Positions 1 through 16,579 are shown, counted from the stretch's first letter. The stretch is 64,000 nucleotides of DNA from Eledone cirrhosa (GCA_964016885.1 OZ024759.1:14632001-14696000); one strand, 5' to 3'. Notes: generated from the letters alone by a model not told the origin. Numbers and translations are program-made.

Positions 1-76
1 AATATATATATATATAAATATATATATATATAAATATATATATATATAAATATATATATATATAATATATATATAA

Positions 77-116
<40 letters not shown>

Positions 117-183
117 TATATATATATAAATATATATATATAATATATAATATATATATATTTATATATATATATATTTATAT

Positions 184-214
<31 letters not shown>

Positions 215-267
215 AATATATAAATATATATAAATATATATATATATAAATACATATATATATATAA

Positions 268-310
<43 letters not shown>

Positions 311-489
311 TATAAATATATATATATAAATATATATAAATATATATGATATTAAATAAATGGAAACTATATTTATAAAACCATATTTATTATATATATA
401 TATACATATATATAAATATATATATATATAAATATATATAAATATATATGATATTAAATAAATGGAAACTATATTTATAAAACCATATT

Positions 490-543
<54 letters not shown>

Positions 544-749
544 GATAAAAGGTTATCGTTTTAGGTAATCCAGTTAGAGGTTGTGAGTAGTCTGTACTAT
601 GGATAGTTTTAACGTACGGCGTTGTTTGAATCAATAAGGGGTTTCCTTAGTTAGGTAGCGAGTTTGAGAGAATTCCCATGTAGGTTATTCTTGGAGTAAT
701 AATAGTGAAAGAGTGAAGAGTAACATGGTCAGCTGTACAAATATTACAG

Positions 750-858
<109 letters not shown>

Positions 859-1048
859 CCTGCTATTTCAAGCGTTAAACTAATATATATCTTCAATGTA
901 CTGTGTCGTTTGATTTGGTATTTCTGTTTATTTTTCATTCAGACACACACACACACACAGACACACACAGACACCTCCCCCCCCCCATATATATATATAT
1001 ATGCATACATATATATCCAGGGAGTGTAACGCGGAGTTACTGTAGATT

Positions 1049-1080
<32 letters not shown>

Positions 1081-1084
<4 letters not shown>

Positions 1085-1154
1085 TATACATATGGTTGGT
1101 TGCCTTTTTATATATATATATACAAAGGTAACCAATCATATATATATATATATA

Positions 1155-1238
<84 letters not shown>

Positions 1239-1317
1239 TATACATATGGTTGGTTGCCTTTATATATATATATATATATACAAAGGTAACCAACCATATA
1301 TATATATATCTGTATAT

Positions 1318-1388
<71 letters not shown>

Positions 1389-1466
1389 AAGGTAACCAAT
1401 CATATATATATATATCTGTATAGATATATATATATATACAAAGGTAACCAATCATATATATATATA

Positions 1467-1503
<37 letters not shown>

Positions 1504-1532
1504 ATAACCAATCATATATATATATATATATA

Positions 1533-1589
<57 letters not shown>

Positions 1590-1645
1590 TATATATATAT
1601 ATGTATACAGATATATATATATATATACGATTGGTTGCCTTTTTG
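1081..1645. repeat. Compound minisatellite: CAAAGGTAACCAATCA...TCTG unit in both orientations within (TA)n
   Basis: Forward copies at about 1122, 1281, 1387, 1439, 1500. Reverse copies (tggttggttgccttt) at about 1092, 1246, 1630. Confidence 0.8.
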
Positions 1646-2102
1646 CATCTGTAACCTGTAAATAAAACCCAATAAAAGAAGTAAACTCAAACAAACAAAA
1701 CAAGACTAAACGAAAACAACGAAAGAAAACAACGAAGGTCTAAACGACAACACGACAAAGTGTTTGGAAGTGTGCCATGCAGTCGATTGAAGTTCAGTTT
1801 GTAATACACTTCATGGTTTGACATCATTTTTTTTTAATAACACCATTAACAGTAAAATCTTATTAATAATTGACATAGCACTACTTAATGGGTACTATAA
1901 TGTCGTGTTGTAGTGAACTGTTAGGCAAGAATGAACGAAACACCAAACTTCAGATATTGAATAAAACGATAGCAAATGCATAGAATATATATATATTTTA
2001 TAGCTCTGGTATCTTCTTCTTCATATCCATGGAGCGCTTGTCTGCACAATATGGAAGTTGCGTTTCGCTAATTTCTACCCGCTGAAATGCGATTCTCGCT
2101 AA

Positions 2103-2151
<49 letters not shown>

Positions 2152-2346
2152 TATGTATACGTACATACATATATGTATACAGACGTACAGTATATATATA
2201 TACATACATGTAGACATATATATATATATGTACGTATGGATTCACCGAACATTTATTATAATGCCCGGTGTGTTTGCAAACAAACATCCCGTATTAAGCC
2301 GTAGTGTCTAGCAACCATCATTGCTCGTTTATTCAACACTGACAAA

Positions 2347-2401
2347 GGAACGCTGTACTAGTTTCAAGCTAATTAGCTGTCGTCAGCAACGTATACCTTC
2401 C
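2347..2401 (-). ncRNA. Type I hammerhead ribozyme motif
   Basis: Minus strand: acgttg CTGACGA cagct-aatt-agctt GAAA ctag TA cagcgt. Stem I acguug/cagcgu, palindromic stem III CUAG. Confidence 0.8.
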
Positions 2402-2741
2402 TGCCAGATGATTGATCGTCTGAAAGTATATACTTTCCTTATGCATATTAACGGCTGAGTAGCCCAATTTGCATATCGAGTGGGTTAATCGACCGGGTGC
2501 ACCGAAAACGATAAACGCAAAAAATGAAACGAAATTTCATTCCCCATTCTTAGTACGGCTGTTACTTAAATATAAGTATGTATACGTACATACATATATG
2601 TATACAGACGTACAGTAGTATGTATATATATATACATACATGCACACATATATATATGTACGTATGGATTCACCGAACATTTATTATAATGCCCGGTGTG
2701 TTTGTAAACAAACATCCCGTATTAAGCCGAAGTGTCTGGCA

Positions 2742-2796
2742 GGAAGGTATATGTTGCTGACGATAGCTAATAAGCTTGAAACTAGTACATCGTTCC
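2742..2796 (+). ncRNA. Type I hammerhead ribozyme motif (inverted copy)
   Basis: atgttg CTGACGA tagct-aata-agctt GAAA ctag TA catcgt. Predicted cleavage after 2787; stem I has a mismatch. Confidence 0.7.
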
Positions 2797-3074
2797 TTTG
2801 TCAGTGTTGAACAAACGAGCAACGATGGTTGTTAGACACTACGGCTTAATACGGGATGTTTGTTTACAAACACACCGGGCATTATAATAAATGTTCAGTG
2901 AATCCATACGTACATATATATATGTGTGCATGTATGTATATAAATATACATACTACTGTACGTCTGTATACATATATGTATGTACGTATACATACTTATA
3001 TTTAAGTAACAGCCGTACTAAGAGTGGGAAATGAAATTTCGTTTCATTTTTTCCGTTTATATATATATATATAT

Positions 3075-3145
<71 letters not shown>

Positions 3146-3148
3146 CAT

Positions 3149-3250
3149 ATTTATTAAAATAACAGAAATATTTGCTCTACGGTTCTTATATATTTGATAT
3201 ATATTTATCCTTATCGAGCACTCTTTGGATTTTAGTCTTAATTTATTACT
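3149..3250. repeat. Fragment of the TA-embedded fold-back family also at 27169 and 57500
   Basis: aaatatttgctctacggttcttatatatttgatatatatttatccttatcgagc shared with 27301-27375 and (reverse complement) 57510-57586. Confidence 0.75.
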
Positions 3251-3266
3251 ATATATATATATATAT

Positions 3267-3315
<49 letters not shown>

Positions 3316-3376
3316 TATATACATATACATATATATATACACACATATATATATACATATATATATATATATACAC

Positions 3377-3433
<57 letters not shown>

Positions 3434-3444
3434 TATATATATAC

Positions 3445-3565
<121 letters not shown>

Positions 3566-3604
3566 TATATATATGTATATATATACACATATATATATAT
3601 ATAT

Positions 3605-3645
<41 letters not shown>

Positions 3646-3668
3646 TATATATATGTATATATATACAC

Positions 3669-3701
<33 letters not shown>

Positions 3702-3730
3702 CACACACATATATATATATACATATCTAT

Positions 3731-4159
3731 CTAAGGCGGGTAAAATTCCCGAGATCCATGGACGAGTTCTCTCCAGCGGTCTCTGTCCCTCATTATCGCT
3801 GCCATATCCTGCATCTCCAACAGACCAGTGTCTGTCCTCAGGGCATCAACATATCTTAACCTTGGTCTTCCTCTTCTAGTGTGTCCATGTAGGAGCTCCC
3901 AAAGGAGCACTGAGTGCAATGTCAACTCTGGATGTCGGTGAGCATGTCCAGTCAACCTCAGTCTCCTCTGTGTCACTTTTGAGCTCTCTTTTGGGATGCT
4001 CCCATACAGCTCTGAGTTTTTCATCCTCAGTGTATACTGATTAATGTTCAGAGCCATCCTCAGCATTCTCGTGTAGCACCCATCCACCATCTGAGTGAGT
4101 CTCTTGGTCAGTGTCCAAGTGTCAGACCCATACAGCAGCACAGACTCCACTACAGCAAT
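3731..4159 (-). mobile_element. 5'-truncated RTE-clade LINE, 3' end (copy 1)
   Basis: [62 protein letters not shown], the typical RTE post-RT tail. The stop is followed directly by TAGA/TA repeats. Confidence 0.9.
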
Positions 4160-4189
4160 TGCTATATATACATGTACATATATATATAT

Positions 4190-4320
<131 letters not shown>

Positions 4321-4363
4321 TATATATACACATATATATATATACACATATATATATATACAC

Positions 4364-4412
<49 letters not shown>

Positions 4413-4690
4413 CATATATATACATATACACATATATATATATATATATGTATACATGTATATATATGTATATATATATATATGCATAATTATATATATA
4501 TATATATATATATATACATAATAATATATATGTATATATATGTATACATAATAATATATATGTATATATATGTATACATAATAATATATATATATATATA
4601 TACATAATTATATATATGTATATATATATGTGTAGATACATACACATATATGTATATGTATATATATATATATGTGTAGATACATACACA

Positions 4691-4727
<37 letters not shown>

Positions 4728-5359
4728 GTATACAAGTGGAAGCCTAGTTAAATCGAAGCTTTGGCTGTGGCCAAGCAAAGGAATGAGTAGCAAAGCACTC
4801 AATAAGGGTAGGTCCTTAGAGATATAACATACGTTTAAATTGCTTGTCAAATTGAAAATTGCGGGAGGCAAAGCCCAATCATACAATACCAAAGTAACGA
4901 AAGAACTAACCAGGTTAAAAACAGACCTTATATATATGCGGCGTCGCCACCTGTAAGTTTAGCAATGTGGTTAAGATGTCAGTGTGCGAAACTGTGACGA
5001 CCAACAGTCTTGAGGGAAAGGGGTGCGAGTAAGGGGGGCTAGTGTCTTCTTCTACTATGTAATATATAATTGAGGAATAGGAATTTGGTAGGTGAAAAGT
5101 GTGTGGCAGCCCAACACAAACAAATTCGAAAACGTAAACATGTTGAATATGGTCAGGATAACAAGGTGGAGGGTTAACACTATGAGTAGAGCGTTGGATA
5201 ACGTGCTTTATTTCATAAGGTTACGACCCTTTACAATCTGAGTTCAAATCCTGTCGGGGTTAGTTTTACCTTTACCTTTACAGGGTCGATAAAATTAAGT
5301 ACCAGTAATGTATTCTCCATTTGGCTCTTTGATCTTTCTTCCCTATTTTCAGGCATTAA

Positions 5360-5750
5360 AAGGAGGAGGAACTCAGGAGTGTCAACGGCCACCCAATAAA
5401 TTTTTTTTAGTGAAGCGAGAGACTCCTAGTCTTCATTAAGACATCTCTTTAGGAGAAGGTCGCTCTGATATAAAACCTGCAACTTCGTTTGCATCCAATG
5501 GTGTAGACCAGTTCTTCTATTAGGGAAAATGCATTTAATGTTCAGTGAGTAGGATTGGCCTCGTGCAAAGCCTTTCCTCACTTTAAAAAGTTTCAAGCAC
5601 AGGCATCGCTTGATATGTGACATCATTTGCGATGAATGGTATTGCTGGCCATAGGCAAGTCCCTAGCAGGATTAAAAAGCCACGTCCGTTATGCTTTAGT
5701 ATCAAGCGATGGCATTACTCGAAATCGAGTTGCAGCCATCATCATGTATG
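5360..5750 (+). mobile_element. Non-autonomous RTE-derived element (C2H2-finger 3' end, CTCGAAATCGAG hairpin, (ATGT)n tail)
   Basis: [12 protein letters not shown] finger remnant; 3' end tactcgaaatcgagttgcagccatcatc. Homologous to 22308-22595 and 32671-33282. Confidence 0.65.
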
Positions 5751-5795
5751 TATGTATCTCTCTCTATATACATATTTGTACATGTAAATATGCAA

Positions 5796-5838
<43 letters not shown>

Positions 5839-5893
5839 AACAAACACACATATGTATGTTTATATATATATATATACACACAAACAAACACAC

Positions 5894-5939
<46 letters not shown>

Positions 5940-6289
5940 TAGCAACCGTATCAACGAAGTATCACGCTAGTTTAGAAAACAGAAAATGTCCGCTGGGACT
6001 GATTCTTCCTGATCTAAACGGTGGTGTTATTTGAGGTTAGATTTGGCTACTATTTTTCATAGGTCAAACGATAAACTAAAGTCTCCCACGCTGGCTCATG
6101 TGTCATATGTTTATACTGACAAGTATTAGATATAAAATGAAGAATCGATGGAGATCCTGACGATTGTACGTGGCATTTGGTAATAGTTTTGTGATGGAAC
6201 TCTAAACTCTGTTATCGGAACATGAACAAACATCAGAGAACGAATGGAAACCATAGAAATGTTTAAAAATCAGCCATTGTGAAATCAAT

Positions 6290-6545
6290 ATCGTCATCAA
6301 CATCACCTTCCACCATCACCATCACCATCACCACTACCACCACCACCAGTACCATCACCACGACCACCACCATCATCAACACCACCACCTATACCACCAT
6401 CATCAACACCACCACCACCACCACAATCACTAACACACCAGAACCACCACCACCACCACCACCATCATCATCACCACCACCAACACACCAGAACCACCAC
6501 CTCCACCACCAACAACAAAACCATTACTTCAACACCACCACCCCA
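6290..6545. repeat. Degenerate (CAC/CAT/CAA)n trinucleotide tract
   Basis: Direct reading; gives a spurious poly-T/P/H ORF. Confidence 0.9.
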
Positions 6546-6621
6546 ACATCTCCGTTCTTCGGTAAACTGAACAATATAATGTTGGACAGTCTTATCAAAC
6601 TTGTTGTCGTTGACATTCACA

Positions 6622-6691
<70 letters not shown>

Positions 6692-6894
6692 GCAATGTTT
6701 GCCTGTGTATATAACATATGATTGCATAATATTATACAATATATATCTTCTGGATCATTAAGATTCAGTCCCATTGGAATTATTTTGACAACATCGTGAT
6801 CCTACATTTTTATGTATATGCTTGTTTTTATTATTCCATAGGAATATCTGAAGATATCAATGTTATTCATTTAGATATATATATATATATATAC

Positions 6895-6942
<48 letters not shown>

Positions 6943-6953
6943 AATATATATAC

Positions 6954-6996
<43 letters not shown>

Positions 6997-7665
6997 TGAA
7001 TAATATATTCCTACAGGATTTAAAAAAAAATGAGGCATAGTCTTAACCATCACCACCACCACCACTCTCTCTCTCTCTCCCTTCTTTGTCTTTCTCTTCT
7101 TCTTTCCTCACTCTCTTTATGACACATACACACCCACCCACACACTCTTACCGTCCCGTTTCCAACGCGACAGACGTCTCACACGAAATACACAACTGTT
7201 TTAATACAATATAATAAATTCTAGTATTTTCTATTTACCACAGGTATCCTCCAGCGACCAAAGCTAACAGCTTAGCCGAAAAAGACAAACTAACTCCCCA
7301 AAAGACTAGATAATAGGAGCCTGTTACATATCTACACCAAACACTGAACAGTGGTTAATGTGTGAAGACTACTCAGGATTGTTGTTGTAAATAAGAGATT
7401 TCAAACGAAAAGCTGGAAGAATAATAAACCCACGAGAATAATAATAAATAATAATTTATTGGCATCAAGGGTTCAACTTATAAAACTAACGTGGAAGTAT
7501 CATCTTGATTGAATGAAAAATATTAAAGTATGTCATTTAAGGAAGAGATATATTATTTGTAGAATATGTACATAGTAAGCATGCGATTATAACTAAAAAA
7601 TATAAAGGTATATGCATAAACTCACATAAATACAGACAGACACACTGATATCATTATACATCTTT

Positions 7666-7698
<33 letters not shown>

Positions 7699-8039
7699 CG
7701 GTATCATAAAGCCAGTGAAGATCTGCAGCAGCTTACAAATAGACCGAGTTGCCAGAAGTTCGATTAAGTATATGTATATATATGATGTATTAAAATATCT
7801 ATGAAATATCTGAGGAGAAAAAACTTGCAGGCCAGACAAAACTAAGAGAGCCCTCTGTTTGGATTTTATGAATTTTATAAACTTCTATTAACCTTATAAA
7901 TATATCTGAAAAAATATATGTAGCTTCGCAAGCCCACATGTATATGTATATATGTATATATGTAGTTAATTATATATACGCCGTGTAGAACATTATATTT
8001 ATTTACGAAAGTGTGTAAATATTTATTAAACAATAAACA

Positions 8040-8439
8040 ATGCCTCAAAACAAGGAAAAAACGGCATGTGTGCGGTCGGTATTGACATTTCTTTTCTCTC
8101 ACATCGGACTTTTTGCAATGGTAATCGCTTACTGTGTAGCTGGGGCATTTATTTTCGAACACCTTGAGAGAGAGAATGAAATTAAAACTTGTAGGGATGC
8201 CTTCAAGGAATATGATTCCGTGGAAACCAAAACGCTGGAGAAATTACTTGCAATAGAAGACAACAGTCCGTCGAAGAAATCAGAATTCGAACAGATTTTG
8301 AAGATTTTTCGTGACAGTGCTCTGAATATCGGTTACACTGGTGAAGATTGCGAGACTAAAGGTTTACCCGGTGGAAGCTCTTTATCTTGGTCCCTACCAG
8401 GGGCTCTCCTCTTCTGTGTGACAATTGTGTCCACTATAG
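8040..8439 (+). CDS. K2P (two-pore-domain) potassium channel, TWiK/TRESK(KCNK18)-like, coding exon 1 (M1, cap, first pore helix)
   Basis: ATG in aaacaATG context. Translation MPQNKEK..LFSHIGLFAMVIAYCVAGAFIFEHLE (M1)..WSLPGALLFCVTIVSTI-G (P1). Donor G|gtaggtaa at 8439/8440, phase 1. Confidence 0.93.
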
Positions 8440-8817
8440 GTAGGTAATTAAATAAACAAGTAACACTCGCTTCTTTTTCGTTAATCCAACAAATCAGGCA
8501 TTTCTGTATTTAGTATATCAAGTAAATTTAAGTTTCATTAAATATTTATAAATTTTTAGGTCTTCACCTGAAGATATGTACATCACATCTGAATACGTAC
8601 AACTTTAAGGCTATTTAAAATGATGGTATACATACTCTCTGATGAGGAAATAGTTGGTTCAGAAAATTACTTAAAAATATTAGATGAAATTTAAATTTAC
8701 TTGATGTACATCATATCGAAATAATTTCTGTTTGCTTAAAGACATAGAGATACTTTAAATACAATTCTGTTTTCTGTTTCTGAGCCATTACACTGTTACC
8801 TTTCGATTTCCATTATC

Positions 8818-11940
<3,123 letters not shown>

Positions 11941-11965
11941 TTAATTATAAACAACACAATATAAT

Positions 11966-12039
11966 TATTCCATTACCCAAGGTTTCACGAAGTTAGACGA
12001 TTCTAACAGAAACGTCTATTTCGTTCATCAGATGAAATA
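11966..12039 (-). ncRNA. Type I hammerhead ribozyme motif
   Basis: Minus strand: tatttcat CTGATGA acgaa-atagacg..cgtcta-acttcgt GAAA ccttggg TA atggaata. 8-bp stem I and long stem II. Same family as 28127-28326. Confidence 0.8.
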
Positions 12040-12411
12040 CACACACACACACACACACATATATATGCTATTTGTTAATGATGGTCACTCTTTACTTTGT
12101 TGATCAATAATGTCGGCGAAACTTCGAAGTAAACAGACGGTATTAATAACAAGTATTATATTGACTCTATGAGTCCTTATTTCGGAGGCATGTTTAGTGA
12201 GTTTATCACATAAACTCATAAATCAGCCACCTCTCCACCACCTCTTTACGCAGCAAACACACACACACACACACACATACATACACACACACACATATAT
12301 AGTGGTAGAACACTGGAAGGTTATATCCATAGTAGTAGAACACTCAGTCCATGGGACGAGTTTGGTAGAGGTAGTTTGGAACTACTTCTCTCTCTCTCTC
12401 TCTCTCTCTCT

Positions 12412-12668
12412 GCATGGCTTAGTGGTTAGAGCATTGGGCTTGCAATCGAAAGGTTGTGAGTTCAATTCTCGGACCGGGTGATGTGTTGTTTCCTTGAGCA
12501 AGACACCTTATTTCACGTTGCTCCAGTTTACTCAGCTGTAGAAATGAGTACCAGCCTGCCCGTCCAGCCAGTGGGATGGTGTTGTCTTATGGCTAAAACA
12601 GCACGACGTGCTGTGACCAGCGGCACCGATTGGCGCCCGACAGACTGGTCGGTCAAGGTGATCAAGGT
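12412..12668 (+). mobile_element. tRNA-derived CORE-like SINE
   Basis: A box TGGCTTAGTGG, B box GTTCAATTC, then ccttgagcaagacac..ccagtttactcagctgtagaaatgag resembling the MIR/CORE domain. Confidence 0.8.
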
Positions 12669-12837
12669 GATATATAAATAATACACAAAAGAATATTGTC
12701 TTCAGTTTATTTTCTTGGGTATTTTGTCGGGTGTTGTGTACCATGAATATTCATTTTCCACAGAACTTTATAAGCTAAAAATTGCTTACATTTCTACAAC
12801 ATAAAATATGTTAACAATATTTTATGCAATTCCTAAT

Positions 12838-13165
12838 AATTGTTTCTACTTTTGGCACAAGACCATCAATTAACCCAGTGCATTACTGGTACTTTATTTT
12901 TATCGACCCCGTAATGATGAAAGGCAAAGTTAACCTCGGTGGGATTTGAACTCAGAACGTAAAGGGCCGTAACACTATTCCACAAAAGCATTTTGTCTGA
13001 CGCTCTTCCGATACTGCCAAACCTGTTTACTACAATAATTGTTTCTACTTTTGGCACAAGGACAGCAATTAAATCCAGTACATTACTGGTATTTTATTTT
13101 ATCGACTCCATAACTCTATGCTGCAAAGCATGTTGTCCGACGCTCTACCGATACTACCAATCCAA
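12838..13165 (-). mobile_element. Two tandem Meta-domain-like tRNA SINEs (second internally deleted)
   Basis: Reverse complement of ctgagttcaaatccc..gaggttaactttgcctttcatc..ggggtcgataaaataaagtaccag. Confidence 0.8.
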
Positions 13166-13329
13166 TTATCTGAATAGCTTAATGTCAGCAGAAGGGCACC
13201 CAGGAGTTATGACCGACCTAGATGCGGCCCGACCCCCCTTAGAGTGTAAGAAATGAAGGGCGGAAGCATTCGCTTGACGCGGGGTGTTCCCTGAAGACCT
13301 TCTGCTGTCCAATTCTCCCGAGAGTTTCT

Positions 13330-13455
13330 TATCACTTTAATTATAAGAAAACAGTAGAATTCTTCAAAACATCGAATTGCGTTTAGGAGTCCAGCAGACC
13401 CGAGAGAAACCAGAATCAAAGGGGTCCATATGAAAATAAGGTTTGAGAGCCACTG
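13330..13455. mobile_element. hAT-type MITE end fragment
   Basis: Ends ggggtcc..aaggtttgagagccactg, the reverse complement of a CAGTGGTTCTCAAAC-type TIR. Partner end not found. Confidence 0.4.
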
Positions 13456-13535
13456 CTCTAGAACATGTAATATTGACTTAAGTATCTCTCTCCCCCTTCT
13501 TCCCCCCCCTCTCTCTATCTCTATCTATGTATCTA

Positions 13536-13568
<33 letters not shown>

Positions 13569-13569
<1 letters not shown>

Positions 13570-13861
13570 TCGCTGAAAGGTGGGTGGATGTGGCGAAAAT
13601 GGCCCGACTGAATGGGCCTTCTCAGTATATAAACCTGTAGGTTGAGGAAGACAAAAATAGGGAAGACGGGAACACCTACGAAACGTGTTCCTGGTGTTGA
13701 GGGTTGTTCTATCTACGGGTGTAAAATAATCACGCTGTAATGTTCACCCCTATTGGGGATTTCGATTTATTAATGTTAAAGTTTATACGATTTTTATTTA
13801 AAACCCCCGCCGTCACGTCTTGTAATGTCCCATTTCTTGTACGCCCTTGTGGCAAATAAAG
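13569..13861 (+). mobile_element. 3' end of a Tx1/L1-like LINE inserted in a (TATC)n tract
   Basis: FAERWVDVAKMARLNGPSQYINL* then a ~230-nt 3'UTR ending AATAAA (13855-13860). (TATC)n on both sides. Confidence 0.6.
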
Positions 13862-13862
13862 A

Positions 13863-13910
<48 letters not shown>

Positions 13911-15544
13911 CTATCTAACTATCTATATACCTATCTATCTATCTATACATACATACATACACACCCATATACATATTAGAGAATGCTATATAGAATGTAA
14001 GCTTACAGGTCAAGTCTCCGGTTTGGGGATACCTTTCGCTCTCTTCCCCTGTCTCCTTTCTCGGAGGCTCTGAAAAGGACAATTGGCACAACCCTCTTTC
14101 CTGATTAATTCCTGTTAATTTGATCGCAGCTTGATCCCCCTCCCCACAAAGTATACCAATTCTTGTAATTATAAAATAAGATTTTGGTTTATTCCATTAC
14201 ATATGTTACCCCGCGCACTTAACTATACGTTTTTCATATAGAAGGTACCCCTTGGAAATGTTCCATTGTAATTTAATATGTATTTTATTTTACTTAACTA
14301 TTTTAAAATAGTCTTATAGTAGTTCGTGTTTATAGTAAGGTACTCCTTTTAGCTTTTGTTCCCATCTTACCACCCAATATTGACAGGAACACCACCAATG
14401 AGTCAGAAGAGGGAGACGGTTGGGGTTAGGTGATGATCTTAGTAACAGATAAAAGAAAAATGAAAAAAGGAAGAAAGAATCTGTAATATCAATGTATCAT
14501 TGAACCAGTCTATAATTTATAGTTTCGAAGTAAAGCTTCACCGAACAAGCTTTCAAGCTTTCAATTATTTGAAATCAATTCAATAATTTTATAGCTGTTA
14601 CTAAGTACTGGGAGCAATTTGATTGACTATTCCGAAACTTCTTTGTGACAAAAATCATTATTATTTCAGTAGACTTCATTTTGCTTTGCCTTTCATCATT
14701 TTGAGGTCGATAAATAAAGTATCAGCCGAGTACTGAGATCAATTCTTCTTCTCTGCGGCTGTCATACTTCTCCCACTCTTGCTTTATCCCCCTCTCTCTC
14801 ACCTTCTCTGGAAGAAATCGACTATATTCCGACCTAGAGAAGGGATGGGTTCCGGCAGGCTTAAAATGTCACCTTGGTGCCCCTACGATTTCACCATACA
14901 TATATAGAGTATTATTAGAGCTGTTTATTAAATTTATTTCACTCTACGTCGGTCAGTAGAATCTGTGACCAGGAAATGCACTACTTACTCAGGCTCTGTG
15001 TGATCTGAGTTCAAACCCTACCATCATGTCATCATTTTTTCAGTGACGTGAGACAGAATTTGAATGCATGGAAGCAGAACAGATACCATTATACGCTCTA
15101 ACAACTGGCTCACTACTCACCATTGGTCTTTATGTCAACGTTAAAAATCAATCATTTGTGTTTAAACTCTATTTATAATTTTATACCTGTTACATCCTGA
15201 ACTTTATCAAACACAAGTTTGACGTATTTATTTAACAAAGAAATAAATATATAATTTTTCCAATTGGAAAGCTTTGTTTCATGTCAACTTTACAATTCAT
15301 CTTCCAAGGGTCGATGAGAGAAAAGAAACTACAAAAAGTAACAGTCAAGTATTAAGATCGATATAAAATCAATTTCCACTCATCCCTAACAAATATGTAT
15401 GGCCTTGTACCAATTTTAGAAATCGATACATCGTTAATTAATACTGAACCAGTAAATATATGACGGAATGAACACGCAAGCCACCAAGGAGTTTCAGCCG
15501 TGACAGTCACGTCTTTTGTTAAAGGACTAGATTCATTATTGTAC

Positions 15545-15739
15545 GGAGGGGTGAATTGGCAGTATCGGTAGAGGGTCGGACGCCATGCTTTCCAGCATAG
15601 TTACGTCCTTTTACGGTCTGAGTTCAAATGCCGTCGAGGTTAACTTTGCCTTTCATCCTTACGAGGTCGATAAAATAAAGTACCAGTAATGTACTGGATA
15701 AATTGCTGGCCTTGTGCCAAAAGTAGAAACAATTATTAT
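15545..15739 (+). mobile_element. Meta-domain-like tRNA SINE (further degraded copies to ~16450)
   Basis: tggcagtatcggtagag A box, gagttcaaat B box, gcctttcatccttacgaggtcgataaaataaagtaccag, tail ggccttgtgccaaaagtagaaac. Confidence 0.85.
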
Positions 15740-16579
15740 ATGGAGGGGTGGGGTTTAGTTAAGAGAATTGCTTGCGGTAATTGTTCGTCTTTTTTTTAAG
15801 CTGTGTTTTAAATCAGGCTGAGGTCAACAATTTCAAATATGTCCTTACGTTATAAGGGGGTTGATCTGTAGAATAGTTTGAGCGTTTGGCAATAGTTCTG
15901 CATTGATTGTTCGACACACTGAATTCTGTTTTTTTTTACATGAAAAATTTTATTTTGTAGTAGTGTTAAAATATACACACAGAAAAAAGAGAGCAACATT
16001 GGAAAGGACCATAAACGAAATAAATGAGAGGATAAGGAGGGGAAGAGGAAGGACTATAAGACAAAGGAAGAAAGAAAGGGGGAAGAGGAGAGGGCGACAG
16101 ACACTACATCTCGATCAGAGCGGTGTATTCTTTAAATTTTCTGTCTAAACCTTGCTGAGGTCAACATTATCAAATGTCTCTTCTGTTTTTTAAGACGATA
16201 AACTGAGTGTGATTTAAGGCGATTGATTATCAGAATTACTAGAACTGGGGAAAATGGTTAAGGGCAATTGTTCTATCCCTTTGAGCCTTGAGTTCAAATC
16301 TTACCAAGGTCTATATTACTAAATGTGTCCCTATTTTCACAGATGGCAGGGCGTGATTTAAGTCAGAATATTTAGAGCGTCGGAAAATAACTAGCTGTAA
16401 TTCTTCCGTGTCTTTAGGCTCTGAGTTCATGTCCTTCCGTGGTCTACATTACCAAATGTATTTGTTTGTTAAAGTTGACGGGTTGTTATTTCACCCTTTA
16501 GCATTTACATTACTCTATATTTACTATTGTACTTTTGCAGAGAAAGCTTTACCTCACATAATTGTTGTTGTTGTTACAG

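Larger units (their letters stand above)
2147..3060. mobile_element. Non-coding retrozyme/Penelope-pLTR-like element: ~425-bp tandem unit plus inverted copy, carrying hammerhead ribozymes
   Basis: 2147-2310 repeats at 2572-2736. 2735-3060 is the reverse complement of the unit. Flanked by (TA)n. HHR motifs at 2347-2401(-) and 2742-2796(+). Confidence 0.75.

Noticed and set aside
7215-7250. Possible acceptor (ttttctatttaccacag) for a 5'UTR portion of exon 1
   Set aside because: Plausible but unsupported without transcripts; would imply a long UTR with several upstream ATGs.
8565-8670. Hammerhead-like strings CTGAAGA..GAAT and CTGATGA..GAAA
   Set aside because: Core or stems incomplete; at most an old decayed fold-back element (weak IR 8512-8547 / 8675-8711).
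12412-12485. tRNA genes (also 48046, 53861 and others)
   Set aside because: A and B boxes run into SINE core and tail with no complete cloverleaf; these are SINE heads.
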